A stretch of DNA of 64,000 bases from Tubiluchus corallicola (Eukaryota > Animalia > Priapulida), in assembly GCA_030141605.1 (NCBI GenBank), contig JAQGDQ010000840.1:24856-88855 (forward strand), given 5' to 3'. The position numbers were made by a program, and so were the translations under genes. The notes under the pieces were generated by a model, which saw only the letters and a program-made list of their open reading frames with translations, did no database searches and was not told the DNA's origin. Positions within the stretch are counted from its first letter, which is position 1. Every line of letters starts with the position of its first letter. Shown here piece by piece: positions 14,088 through 26,329 of the stretch.

Positions 14088-17049
14088 ATGACTCATCACT
14101 GCTTGACTTATAGCTGCTTGACTCATCGCTGCTTGACTCATCGGTTTCTTCCAATGAGTTTGTTTCAAGTTTCTTCCAGGCTTTTTCAAATTCGCACATT
14201 TTGTATGCTTTATCGGATGCCCGTTCTCCATCCTGTCCTTCTTGCACTTTTGTTTGTCTAATTTGCTGATACAAATCATGTATTTGCCTGTCATCAAGAG
14301 TAACAACACCTTTCTTTGTCGGCACAGTATTTTCTAGAACATGTCTTCCTATTGCATCAGCGCATAAACTTGCTAAGTGCAAAAGAGGTACTCCTTCAAT
14401 TTTCTTTTTTTCATAATCTTCCAAGATGTTGACATTATCCAGCAAACATTGTTTCATAAATGCCTCGCTGCAACATTCGGATATGTAACTCAAAATGCTC
14501 TGGACACGATCAATTGCATTCTCTTGATTCCACTTATCATCATCAGACACTTCTGTTACTTCATGAAGAAATGCCGTTTTAACTAGATAAGCATCAATCA
14601 GCTTGCTCGGTTTGTACTTCACAATTTCAAACAGCTTTCCAATGTTGACATCGTCGAAGATGTTATCAATTTTTATTTCATTTAACTTTAACGATTTACC
14701 GTAAATTTCTTCTCTGAGTAACGCTTTTGTAAGCTTCAACACTGTTTTTCTTTCTTCTGACAAGCCTTCTATCAATCTGCTTTCAGCCTGGCTAGTTGAC
14801 AATGTCCACAAGTACTTGTCAGAATTATGTGACAAAGGCTTACAAACAGCGTATATGTGAAATGAAGAGGATTCATCGGATTCAGGCTGTGGCGCATGAG
14901 ATGACGGTGAGATACTCAGTGTATTGGATTCACTTTCAGAAAGCTCAACAGCAGGTGAGAAATCCAAAGCTACTGCCAAATCTTTGTAAATCTCTTCTGT
15001 TCCAGAGTAAACCATATGAAACGTGATGCAGACCTTGTTGTATTCGATACGCTCAAGTTTCAGGTTTTCGTCAGTGGTGACTGCAGCTGCCATGGCTTTG
15101 CAAGCAATTGGCACAAATTTATCTTTAAGATTATTTGGTAAAAATGTGCCATCATTGCATTTCAAGTGTACAAGGCCAGGATTATCAGTTTTCTCAATTG
15201 AAACTCCATCACTGAATTTCCTTAAGGTAACTAGGAAGTCGTATTCATCTGGCAGACCAATTTTCGTGCCACATGAAGAACTTCCTACTAATACAGGAAA
15301 ACAATCGAACTCCTGATTGATTTCACCAATTTCCTTGCAAGCTGCATTTACAACAGAAAGAACTTTTTGCTTGACAACATCATTCTCTGAGCTATTGGGA
15401 AGGTTTCCTAAAAAAATTATTTTAAGTATGCTAGTGATTTCCTCACATCCTGCTATTTCTTCTTCAGTGGGTGTTTTCTTCGGTATTTCAGGCTCTTTGC
15501 GCCACCCAGGTATGTATAATAAACTTAAAAAGTGGCCCACTGTTTCTTTGTACTCGTCATTTATTGTTATTTTGTTCACTAAGTCTATGTACAGATCAAT
15601 CGCTGTTTGCCCTTTTTTGTTTGACTTTTTGAGGTCGACTCCATGCTCCAGCAAACATATTACAATTTCACTTCTGATGCCAATTTGTAAATGTGCAGCT
15701 ATATGTAACGCAGTGTTACCTTCGTTATCACATGTGCTTACATTACTTCCGTGATCCAGCAAAAGTTTAGCGCTCTCAAATTCTTTTTGACAAACAGCAT
15801 AATGTAAGGCTGTATTGCCAAACTTATCCTTTTTGTTTATAAAATCATTGCTAGAGTCAGTAACTCCAGGTAAATGTTCCAGCAAAATGCGTACTGTTCC
15901 TGTTGTTTCTGCACTTTCTCCTTTAACTGCAGCTATAAGAGCTGTTTCTCCATCCTTATCAGCTGCAGTGTAGACAGCATCATGAGAAAGTAATAGTTGT
16001 AGAATTTTGTGATGTCCGTGTGCAGCTGCAATCATTAGAGCTGTCACACCGTATATGTCACATTGGTCACGATCAGTACTGCCAGCTGACAAAAGACGTT
16101 CAACAGCAACTTTGGCATTGTACTTTGCTGCAGCCATGAGAAAAGTTTGGTCCATGTCTTCATATTTAGATAATTGATGATAATACAGAGAGCGAAAATT
16201 GATGACTGCAACTTCTTGCGTTGCAGTACGTGCGGGAGGAATAGCATCAAATAAATTGGTTTTACTAAAGCTGACAAACAAGTTTATGGCTTCTTCATCT
16301 TTGCGATCAGCAGCAATTAAAGGGGCAGACCACCCATCATCGGATGTGGCATTACAGTCAGCACCAGCCAAAAGATTTAATATAGCTGCATAAGAGCCAG
16401 CACGTGTAGCAAACATAAGAGGCGTCCATCCATCCTTGCCACTGACATTACAGTCAACATCTCTGCTAAGCAGCAATTCAACTATTTGCTGGTTGTTATT
16501 TTTAGAGGCAAGTAAAAGAGGAGTCCGTCCATCCTTGTCACTGATGTTAGGATCAGCTTCACTTTCTAGTAAGAGCTGAACTACATTCATGTGCCTATTA
16601 GCAGATGCCAACATGAGAGCAGTCTCTCCACTGTTGTTGCTGATGTTAATATCAGCTCCACTATCTAGTAAGAGCTGAACTACATTCAAGTGCCCATCTT
16701 CAGATGCCCACATGAGAGCAGTCTCTCCATCGTTGTCACTGATGTTAATATCAGCTCCACTATCAAGTAAGAGCTGAACTACATTCAAGTGCCCATGAAT
16801 AGATGCCCGCATGAGAGCAGTCCATCCATCGTTGTTGCTGATGTTAATATCAGCTCCACTATCTAGTAAAAGCTGAACTACATTCAAGTGCCCATTAAAA
16901 GATGCCAACATGAGAGCAGTGTCTCCACTCCAGTCATTTTTTCTGAAGTTGCAGTCAGCACCTTCAGTGAGCAACCGCTGGACTTCATGAATGTCTCCAT
17001 CGCTGGCTGCTCGAATAAGTCGACTATTTAATCTAGATTCTTCAGCCAT
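14083..17049 (-). CDS. Ankyrin-repeat cGAS-like receptor (ANK + Mab-21/cGAS nucleotidyltransferase, cGLR), 988 aa, single coding exon
   Basis: aa 1-~490 hold about 13-14 ankyrin repeats (GxTAL/GxTPL). The C-terminal half shows VGSSSCGTKIGLPDEYDFLV (G589 S590, E602, D604), LAVALDFSPA (D696), WTLSTSQAESRLI, VLKLTKALL, AYLVKTAFLHEV, KW and VNIL. These are colinear with the cGAS/Mab-21 motifs GS..EFD, VDI, WRLSFS..E, CLKLMKYL, SYHVKTAFFH and NLF. Confidence 0.92.
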
Positions 17050-17984
17050 GCCTGCTCTTTTTGAACGAAGCGTTTTTAGATCTATCCTGTTCTCAGATCA
17101 GAATCGTGACGTGCTAATTGCCCAAGTGAGTATTCCTATAGGATAAACCCGACAGCACCACCTATCAATAATAAAAAACAATTATTTTAATTTGAAAGAC
17201 ATGGCTGTAATATGCTTTATTTTATAGTCTGGATGTTTAATCATTTTAATCATTTTGAAATCATTGCTTAGGAAATTGATTCAAATCAAACAAGAATCCT
17301 GTAATGACAACGTAAAATCAACAGAGAAATCATTCAATCAACTCTCAATATTTCACTTTCATTTCGCGTCTTTAGTTACATCTTACGTTGATATTAGAAA
17401 GTCGTTAAGATTCACATTGACAAGTTAAGAAATGTCATGACTACAAATGGCTACAAATTTCAATTAAACACGTGGGACAGAATGATCACAATGATATGAT
17501 ATGTATATCTAATCACCCTTATTTGTGACTGTTAAATAATTTCTAACCCATTAATAATAAAAAATCAGTTGTTTTATAGATTATGTATCTGGCTTGATCT
17601 AGAAACTTAGTTAATAAAATAAAATCTTTGATAATGTAATGTGCGGTTTGTGGATGTAGCTTTGCTAAAAGCATGAACTTTGCATAATCTAAAAATTAAG
17701 ATCATTAAATAAAATCTAATCTGAGCTCAGAAAATCAATTTGACAATCTTTTTGCAATTGAACCCAAAGTAGGTTTTATACGACATTATATCTGCAGAAG
17801 TACAGGGTGAGTCAAAATTAGTGCTACATTTTTTGTGAACAGTAAAACACTGAAAGACAGGAAATACAATAAGTAAAAAAACTGTGTTATGATGGAATTT
17901 TGAAATTCTACGAATACAAAGTTGAAGTTGGGATTTAAATCTGATGCAAGCTATAAATGCAAATAATTTTAAATAATAGATATG

Positions 17985-18074
17985 ATGACGATGATATTAA
18001 TAATAATATTAATAATAATAATAATAACAACAACAACAACAACAACTACAGGAACAGGAACAGGAACAGGACAG

Positions 18075-18136
<62 letters not shown>

Positions 18137-18170
18137 ACAACAGCAACAACAACAACAACAATAGTAATAA
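17985..18170. repeat. Compound microsatellite (AAT, AAC, ACAGGA, CAG, ACAGCA)
   Basis: Read directly; positional paralog of the (AAT)n tract at 12765. Confidence 0.9.
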
Positions 18171-18432
18171 CAAAAATAATACAAATAAAACACAGTAAAT
18201 ATTAACACAAACTGCATAAAGTTTCAAAAATTGTCATTTTTGACTTTTGTATGTTATTACCTAGTTTAGAACCACCGTCAAATTTCAGCAAAATTGTGAT
18301 AAACAGACAGAGGTGAAAAGGGACGAATTCATCTTTTATCCGTAATCAATATTTATTTACTCTCAGAAAGAATGACTACTAAATCATAAATGACAATTTT
18401 TCAAGTTTGTTCCTCAGTTTTTAACAACTTAC

Positions 18433-21400
18433 CAAATGTAACTTGACAGAGTTGAGAGTGAAAGAAACAGCTCAGTCACGACAAGTAATTCACAACGGAC
18501 AAAACAACCTAAAAAACAAAGAAAAAAAGCATAATTGAATCTTGACTGTATGAAATCATAACGATTTTTGACAATTTCTGAATCATTTCCAAATGCAAAA
18601 ACGTATGATTGGTTAACAATAACTCAATTATCTCTTACTGTTTATTAAAAAAGTAACAAAAAAGTTTTTTTTCAAAAATTCTTCTTCATTATTAAGTGCA
18701 CTTTCTTTTCAAACTGCAGCAAATAAAACTTTCTTTTGAAATCTTAGTTGTCTATTATTCTGATAATAAAAACAGTGAAAAGTTTTATTTCAAATTTAAA
18801 TGCAGCACTTTTAAATAACCAAGACTACATCTTACTCGTGACTTGTCAGTATGTTGGTATCTCGCAGAGGAGAAATTGCCATGAAGAAGTGGCGTACGAT
18901 TTTAAATGCACATAGTTAAGCAACCTGAACTTGAATTGTAAGAGATGGGTGACTGCAGTAAACTGATTTTTGGAGGTTATCATTCTGTCTCTAGTTATTA
19001 AGCTTAGGCACTAAAGGTGAGTGTGCTGAAAATATGAAGGTTATGTTACTGAAATTGTGTCTAGATATTTATGTTGGGGGTTAAAGGTGAATATATATAA
19101 AAAACTGCAAATTCAGTTTAAGAGAATCGTCCTAGATAAAACGTCTTGACAATTATGTAAAACCCGTTTTCTAGTGAAAGCTGATTTCAACTTACAGAGT
19201 ACCAGGCAAAGTCACTAGATAAAAATTACATAAAGAATTATAATTGCCGAAAAATACAAAAATTGTCAGTTTTTGAACTTTTCTTGTGAGTTGTACTTAA
19301 GTATCTTACCTGATGTAAATTGTTTAATGTTTAGCTGACAGCAGACCAACTGCAAGGCAACCAGTTTATGCAGGATGAGGAATTCAGAATTAGGAAAGAG
19401 CCTGGAAAGGATACAATAATAGTTACGATAAGTTTTGCACGTCTAAACAAGTGTGCTGCAGTACATTCAAGAATGTTACTTCAGTTGCAACCAGGAACAA
19501 CATAGTAGAATCCTTTTTAATAAACGTTCCATGGTCAGTAATCGTTCAGTAATTAATAATCAATTTCCGTATTTGTGGAACAAAATCAAGTTGTTAAACA
19601 CCTTGTCAAAAAGGAAGAGAATGATAATCAATTAATGAGTAATCAACACTAAATAAAAATGCCACTAAAATTTTGCAAAAAAATGGTTGACAGAACGCCA
19701 CTTTTATGATGGAGTCACAGAATTAATGAAGCTTTTGTGTCGTTTACTTGAGTAGGAAGAAAAATGCAAGCATCAATGCTAAATGTATTTTTATAGATGT
19801 ATTTTCTATACAATTTCAAAAACACTCTGATACAAGTTGGTGCAGAAAAAACGTGCCACCAAAACAGACTCGTAATATTTCACTATGGAACACGCATTCA
19901 AAATAGTAATACACACAATCTTATAGCATAGTTTTTTTCCAAGAAAATTCCAAAAGACCCTTACAAACTTACTAAGTGACATTACAAGATTTTTTATATA
20001 CTGTGTTTATCACATTTACAGTACTTCATTCACTGCATTTAAAATTTACTAAAATTACTCAAAAAACGTGATAGAACGAGACGTTAAAGCAGGAAAAAGA
20101 TGCAAAAAGTAATCTACTTATTCAACAAAATGTACCTATTATCGTTAAACGATATTCATTAATAAAGCAACGAAAACTTAAAAAATCGAAATTTTTTAAA
20201 TGTCAGTGAATTCTTTTATGACTGATCCACAGAATTGAACAGCTAGAAGGAATGCAAAGCAAAGCCAAAAAGTTCTAATACAGGGTTGTCCAGAAAAAAC
20301 GTTTCACCAAACTAATATGCAACTTTTCACATTAGCAGAGGCATTTGGAGGGATCACAACATCACGTGTCTCATCAAATATGCTGCCCCAAAATCTATGC
20401 ATCCAAATGTGTTGCTGTAAAATTATGCTTCCAAATCTGACACCCTAAATCTATGCATCCAAATGTGATACCCAAAATCTATGCATCCAATCATAAATTT
20501 ATGCATTCAACGGTTTAAATGAAAATCCGTGCATTCAGAACTGCTGCCCTGAATGCATGTACTCAAATTCATGCTGACACAACTATCCGTTTTCAAAAGT
20601 GCAACCTTTTAGAAATGCTTTCAAGAGTGTTATCCAAATTTTTACACTCAGAAGTGTTGTGCTGAATCCCCATGTCTAATATGGTTGCTTCAACATATCT
20701 GCCTTTTTAATGACCAATACATGGTCAATAATCAGTCCATAATTAGTAATTAAAATGTAAAACAAAGTTTAAAAACTGAATTCTTATACTGTGAGAAACA
20801 GCAACAACACAAAAAACTGACAATTTTTGAGCAAACTTCTTTAACTTACTTGCCAGATGAAACTTGTGAAGCTGAACGTAACCTTGACAACAATTCACCA
20901 ATCGCCAGTAATGATAAAAGCACTGAAAGGCAAGAACTAATCATTAGACATAATAAGCAATAAGCACTGTAATAGGCCTCGAGGAACAAGGCGTCTTCCT
21001 ATTACCCAATTTGGAAAATAGCAGTTAAACAATCATGCATTGTTAGTTTAAAATGTTAGAGAAATGAATGAAAAGCAATGAAAAATGATGATTTAATATT
21101 TGATTTTTAACGATTATTTTACTAGGAAAACCAACGAATACAATAAAATCATAAATGGCACTTTTACCAAGTTTTTGTATCCATATCCAACAACTTACCA
21201 GGTGTAATTTGATGCTGACAGACTTGACAGTGAAAAGAACAGCTCAGCCACGATACAGCCACGAAAAGAGCCTAAAATACCAAAAAATTCATAAAAGTGA
21301 ATAAACTCTCAAATTTTCGACTCAACTAAATCTTGATGATTTTGATTTTATCTGAACTTTTTTCAGATGATAAAAAATATGACTAATTAATGAAAATTCA

Positions 21401-24400
21401 GTTATCTATTACCTGATTACTAACGTGTTTCTTTGAATATTATGCAAAAACAAGGTTACAATGAGGTCAATAATTTTCAAATACAAAGTTGAAGTTGAGA
21501 TGTAAATTTATTGTAATTCGTTGGTCAACTTAGATATTTTCTAATAACAGTAATAATGATGTTGATAATGATGAAGATGATGATGACGTAAACTTTGTTT
21601 CTTTACATAAAACGGCATAAAATTTCAGAAATAACCTTTTTTATAACTTTTATCTGTTACTAACAAGTTTTAAACTGATTATGAAATTCTAACTAAACCT
21701 TTATAAAAAGAGACAGTAAAGAAAGTGACGAAAGCAATTTTTTATTTGTAACTGGTAAATTTACCAGCAAAACCAACAAAAGTTCTAAATTGTAAATCAC
21801 AATTTTTTTAGTTTGTGTATCACTGTCATAAAAGTTACCAGGTGTAATTTGATGCTGACAGTGAGTAGAACAGTTCAGCCAGACAATAATTGCTTGTTAA
21901 AATATAATGGCTAAAAAATCTAAAAATTGTTAATATTCCAACTGTGTTTGCGAAATGCACTGCAGTGTCTTACCTGGTGTAACTTGCTCAATGTTTAGCA
22001 AACAGCTGACAAACTCCAAGGCAGTCACCTTATGCAGGATGAGGAATCCAGATTTTGAAAAAAACCTGGAAATCACAGCCTAACAATCAGTTTTGTGGCT
22101 CCTAGTAAGTGCACTGCTACGTATCCATCCAGTGAAGAAATTTGCTTCAGTTGCAATAAAGTGGAACTCATTCCTACACTTACTGTCCAGATTACTTGTT
22201 GCTTAACTTCACTTTCGTATTGCTGTAACCACTCGGCAAGTTCGTTTGTTCTGTTTAATATTTTTCCTAACATGCATCCAACAATTCAAGGTCAATAATT
22301 GATTAGTAATTAGTAATCAAACAATCCCTGTATCATTGAAACTAAAACAAGCTTTTAAACAAGAACATGTTAGATGCGTAAATAGCTAATCAAAAAGGAA
22401 CAGGGTTATGAAACTAGATCAGGGCTAATCAATGACTAATGAAACTAAAAACAAACACTATAATTTTCTGAAAGTTTTCAATTAAATAGTTGGCAAAACG
22501 TCACTTTATGATGGAAAACCACATATTGTAAAAGCTCATTGCCAATCAGTAACTAAGATATAATTTAATAGCTAGCAATGAAACTTAAAAAAAAATGCAA
22601 ATTTCAATCTTTTAAAAATAATGACATGATTGTTTTTGCAAGGTACGCAGAAATATTTATTCGAGATTGAGTACTGCAACAAAGTCCTAAAAAAGCTGCC
22701 CTAAGCTTACACATTCAAATTTACTACCTAAATTCATGCATTCAAGACTGCTACTCTAAACTCACGCATATAGATGTGCTATCCAAGTCTATTTACCCAA
22801 AAATGCTGGACCAGAGCTGTGTATCCAAAAGTGATGACATAAATCAATGAAATTAAAGGTAATGCCATAAATTTATACATTTAATGGTCTAATCAAAATC
22901 CGTGCATTTAAAAGTGCTGTCCTAAATTCATGGACTCAAATTCATGCTGACACGAATATGAACTTTCAAGAGTGCAACTTCGTAGAAATGAATTCTTATA
23001 TTGTGAAAAACAGCAAGAACACAAAAACTGACAATTTTTAAACAAACTTCTCTTAGTTACTTGCCAGCTGGAGCTTGTGAAGCTGAACGTAACCTTGACA
23101 ACAGTTCACCAATTCCCAGTAATGATAAAAAGCCTGAAAAGCAAAAACTAATCATTAGGCACAATAAGCAAAAAGCACTGTAATAGGTCTAAAGGAACAA
23201 GGCGTCTTCCGAATACGCAATTTGGAAAATGGCAGTAAATACATTGTTACTTTAAGAAAACAGAGATAGGAAACCGATGAACAAATCTTTTATTTGTAAC
23301 GATTATGTTACCAGTAAAACCAGCAAAAACTTGTGAATAACAATTTTGTCAAGCTTGGTAAGCATGTTTACTGACTAGGTTTTTTATAGCTTAACTTCAG
23401 CCTCCAAAATTTAAGTTTTCTGAAATGCCGTGGTAAATTTAAGTATTCCGAGTTGCTGCAATGAATTAAAGTATTCTGAAATGTTGCTCAGAATTCAACT
23501 ATTCTGAAATGCTTCAATAAATTCAACTATTCTGAAATGCTGCAATAAACTCAAGTATTCTGAGATGCTGCAATAAATTCAAGTATTCTGAAATGGCCCA
23601 ATAAATTCAAGTATTCTGAAATGCTGCAATAAATTCAAGTATTCTGAAATATCGCGCTAAATTCAACTATTCTGAATAGCTGCAATAAATTCAACTATTC
23701 TGAAATGCTGCAATAAATTCAAGTATTCTGAGATGCTGCAATAAATTCATGAATTCTAAAAATGCTGCCCTAAATTCGAGTATTCCGAAATACTGCAACA
23801 AATTCAAATATTCTGTGATGCTCCAATAAATTCAACTATTCTGAAATGCTGCAATAAATTTAAGTGTTCTGAAACACCACAATAAATACAAGAATTCTAA
23901 AAATGCTGCCCTAAATTTAAGTATTCTGAAATACCGCAATAAATTCAAGTATTCTGAGATGCTGCAATAAATTCAAGTATTCTGAAATGCTGCAATAAAT
24001 TTAAGTATTCTGAAATGCCGCAATAAATTTAAGTATTCTGAAATACTGCAATAAATTTAAGTATTCTGAAATGCTGCCCTAAATTTAAGTATTCTGAAAT
24101 ACCGTAATAAATTCAAGTATTCTGAGATGCTGCAATAAATTCAAGTATTCTGAAATGCTGCAATAAATTCAAGTATTCTGAAATGCCGCAATAAATTTAA
24201 GTATTCTGAAATGCTGCCCTAAATTCAAGTATTCTGAAATGCTTCAATAAATTCAACTATTCTGAAATGCAGCAATAAATTCAAGTATTCTGAAACACCA
24301 CAATAAATTCATGAATTCTAAAAATGCTGCCCCAAATTCAAGTATTCTGAGATGCTTCAATAAATTCAGCTATTCTGAAATGCTGCTCTAAATTCAAATA

Positions 24401-25120
24401 TTCTGAAATTTTTCAATAAATTCAGAAATCCTGAAATGCTGCAACAAATTTAACTATTCTGATATGCTGCCCTAATACTAAATATTCTGAAATACTTCAA
24501 TAATTTCAAGCACTCAAGTTTGACTTCATAAGTCAGCGCTTCTTTTAAAAAAGTTGCACTAAATTCAGTTTCTAACAACATTAAAAGTTAAAACCAAAAT
24601 GAACAATCAATCAGTGTTTTACTAGCAAATCAGTTACAATAAAAAGATTTAAAATGACAGTTTGACGCAAAAAAGAGTGGAAAAACGACAAGAAATTAAA
24701 TTATTATCCAATAGTAACAAACAGTCAATAAATGTGAATAAACATTTAATAAATGGCTTCAAATATCATGTCTGTTTCTTGTATTTTAATATTAAGCAGT
24801 CTTTCATCAGGTTAAACTACAAACATTACCTGGTAATCAGGTATTTGCTGAATTGAAGAATATATAACACATCAAATCCAACAATTTAATTTGCAGCCGT
24901 TAATAATTTTATAATATAATATAATAATTTTATAATTTGTGGTGAATATTTTAATTTAAGGATACAGACCTTCAGTCTGACATGTTGATGTTTTAAAGAT
25001 TAAATCACCTTTTCATTGATCTATAATAAACCTAAAAAGTATTAATTTCAAAACTTACTTTTTCTCTGTCTTTTTTCTTTCTTCTTCAAGTGTAACTCTT
25101 TTTGTCTAGAATTCTTAATA
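18433..25120 (-). other. Putative non-coding 5'-UTR exons of the ANK-cGLR gene: ~25120-25059, possibly 24847-24830, 23133-23061, 22065-21974, 21910-21839, 21271-21199, 20922-20850, 19401-19310, 18508-18433
   Basis: Each internal block is bounded on the minus strand by a pyrimidine-tract AG acceptor and a GTAAG/GTAAC/GTAAT donor. The seven 72-92-nt blocks fall into three paralogous classes and contain no sense ATG. Confidence 0.65.
23430..24510. repeat. 28-bp minisatellite, about 38 copies
   Basis: Unit AAATTCAAGTATTCTGAAATGCTGCAAT; older degenerate relatives at ~20380-20690 and ~22690-22960. Confidence 0.93.
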
Positions 25121-25144
25121 GTTCTTACAACGTGTGGACTCAGC

Positions 25145-25151
25145 TTTTATA
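25145..25151 (-). promoter_or_regulatory. TATA box (CTATAAAAG) of the putative ANK-cGLR transcript
   Basis: Consensus TATAAAAG on the minus strand about 90 bp upstream of an AAA|GTAAGT donor at 25059/25058. Confidence 0.5.
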
Positions 25152-25946
25152 GTTCACAGTTGCGGGGGAGTTTTACTTTGAACTAGTTAGAGCTGGTTCA
25201 ATCTGCCCTACACCCACCCTTGTTTTGTCTGCAAATAAATTGACATCGCTTACATATTAGAAGGGCTATAAATGTCGATTCTGCTAGCTCAGTTATTAAA
25301 TATTTTTTATTGTGAATTTATAAAGCTTACTGTACACGTAAAATAGGATCTAATGACGTTGTAAGTGCAAAAGTTTAACCAAAAACACAAACTACATGTA
25401 TAAAAGAAGATGTCACACACTGTATTTTATCATATAAACTATTTCGCTAATAACATACAAAAATGAAAAAGTCATTAAATTACCACATTACTGAGGTATT
25501 GTGATATGCTGTACGAGTGAAATGTTGATATAAAATTGTATGTTTCAGCAAAGATTTATAATATTTTGCTTTACCTGGGAATCAAGGTAAATATGAACTA
25601 AATAGTTTTAGGAAGTGTTGAACAGTTGAAACACCAAATGAAACGTCAGTTATAACGTCGCTTTTTAGCAGGAACGGTGCCTTATGCTGATGTAGTAAAC
25701 GACTATAGCATTGTTTTAATATAAGGGTTCTTGTAGAGATTGTTATACATGCGAAAAAAATCATACTTGTACGTATAAATAGAAATTATTCACGGCGGGA
25801 TTAACACACAATTGTTAAAACAAGTCTCTCGCCTCTCACACAATTAGAAATCGTTAACAAATTTTGGAAATGCTGAATTTAACACACCATTTGATGAGCC
25901 TATGCATTAGTCATTAATGAAATAAATATTTGTTAAGAAATACTAC

Positions 25947-26113
25947 AAAAAAGACTAAGCAGAATGTTCGTGTATCATTTATTGTAAGTAATGTTAGGAG
26001 CAAAACATGAAGGGAATAAAAATACACAGCAAAAAAGACTAAGCAGAATGTTCGTGTATCATTTATTGTAAGTAATGTTAGTAGCAAAACATGAAGGGAA
26101 TAAAAATACACAG
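25947..26113. repeat. 84-bp direct tandem duplication (2 copies)
   Basis: AAAAAGACTAAGCAGAATGTTCG... at about 25947 and 26031. Confidence 0.9.
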
Positions 26114-26329
26114 TTTTTTAACGTTGATCTTTTCACTGTGTTCATCAATTAACTGTGGGCGATTGCTTACAGTTTTTATTCCTCCTGGAAGTACCTAGCT
26201 TTGAGTTGTCTAGTATTTCCAGTTTATTTACTGTTGTCATTTTTGTACATATTTAATGGTTCATCATAAAGTTAGTCATATTTTCTGAAGATTTATATAA
26301 TCTAACTGTCGGGTTATTTGTTGAGCAAG

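Noticed and set aside
14377-16393. Plus-strand and alternate-frame ORFs overlapping the cGLR
   Set aside because: Shadow ORFs of a long real CDS, with no recognisable motifs.
18433-23133. Leader exons as protein-coding (e.g. alternative signal peptides)
   Set aside because: No ATG, and lengths of 72/73/76/92 nt do not preserve a consistent frame.
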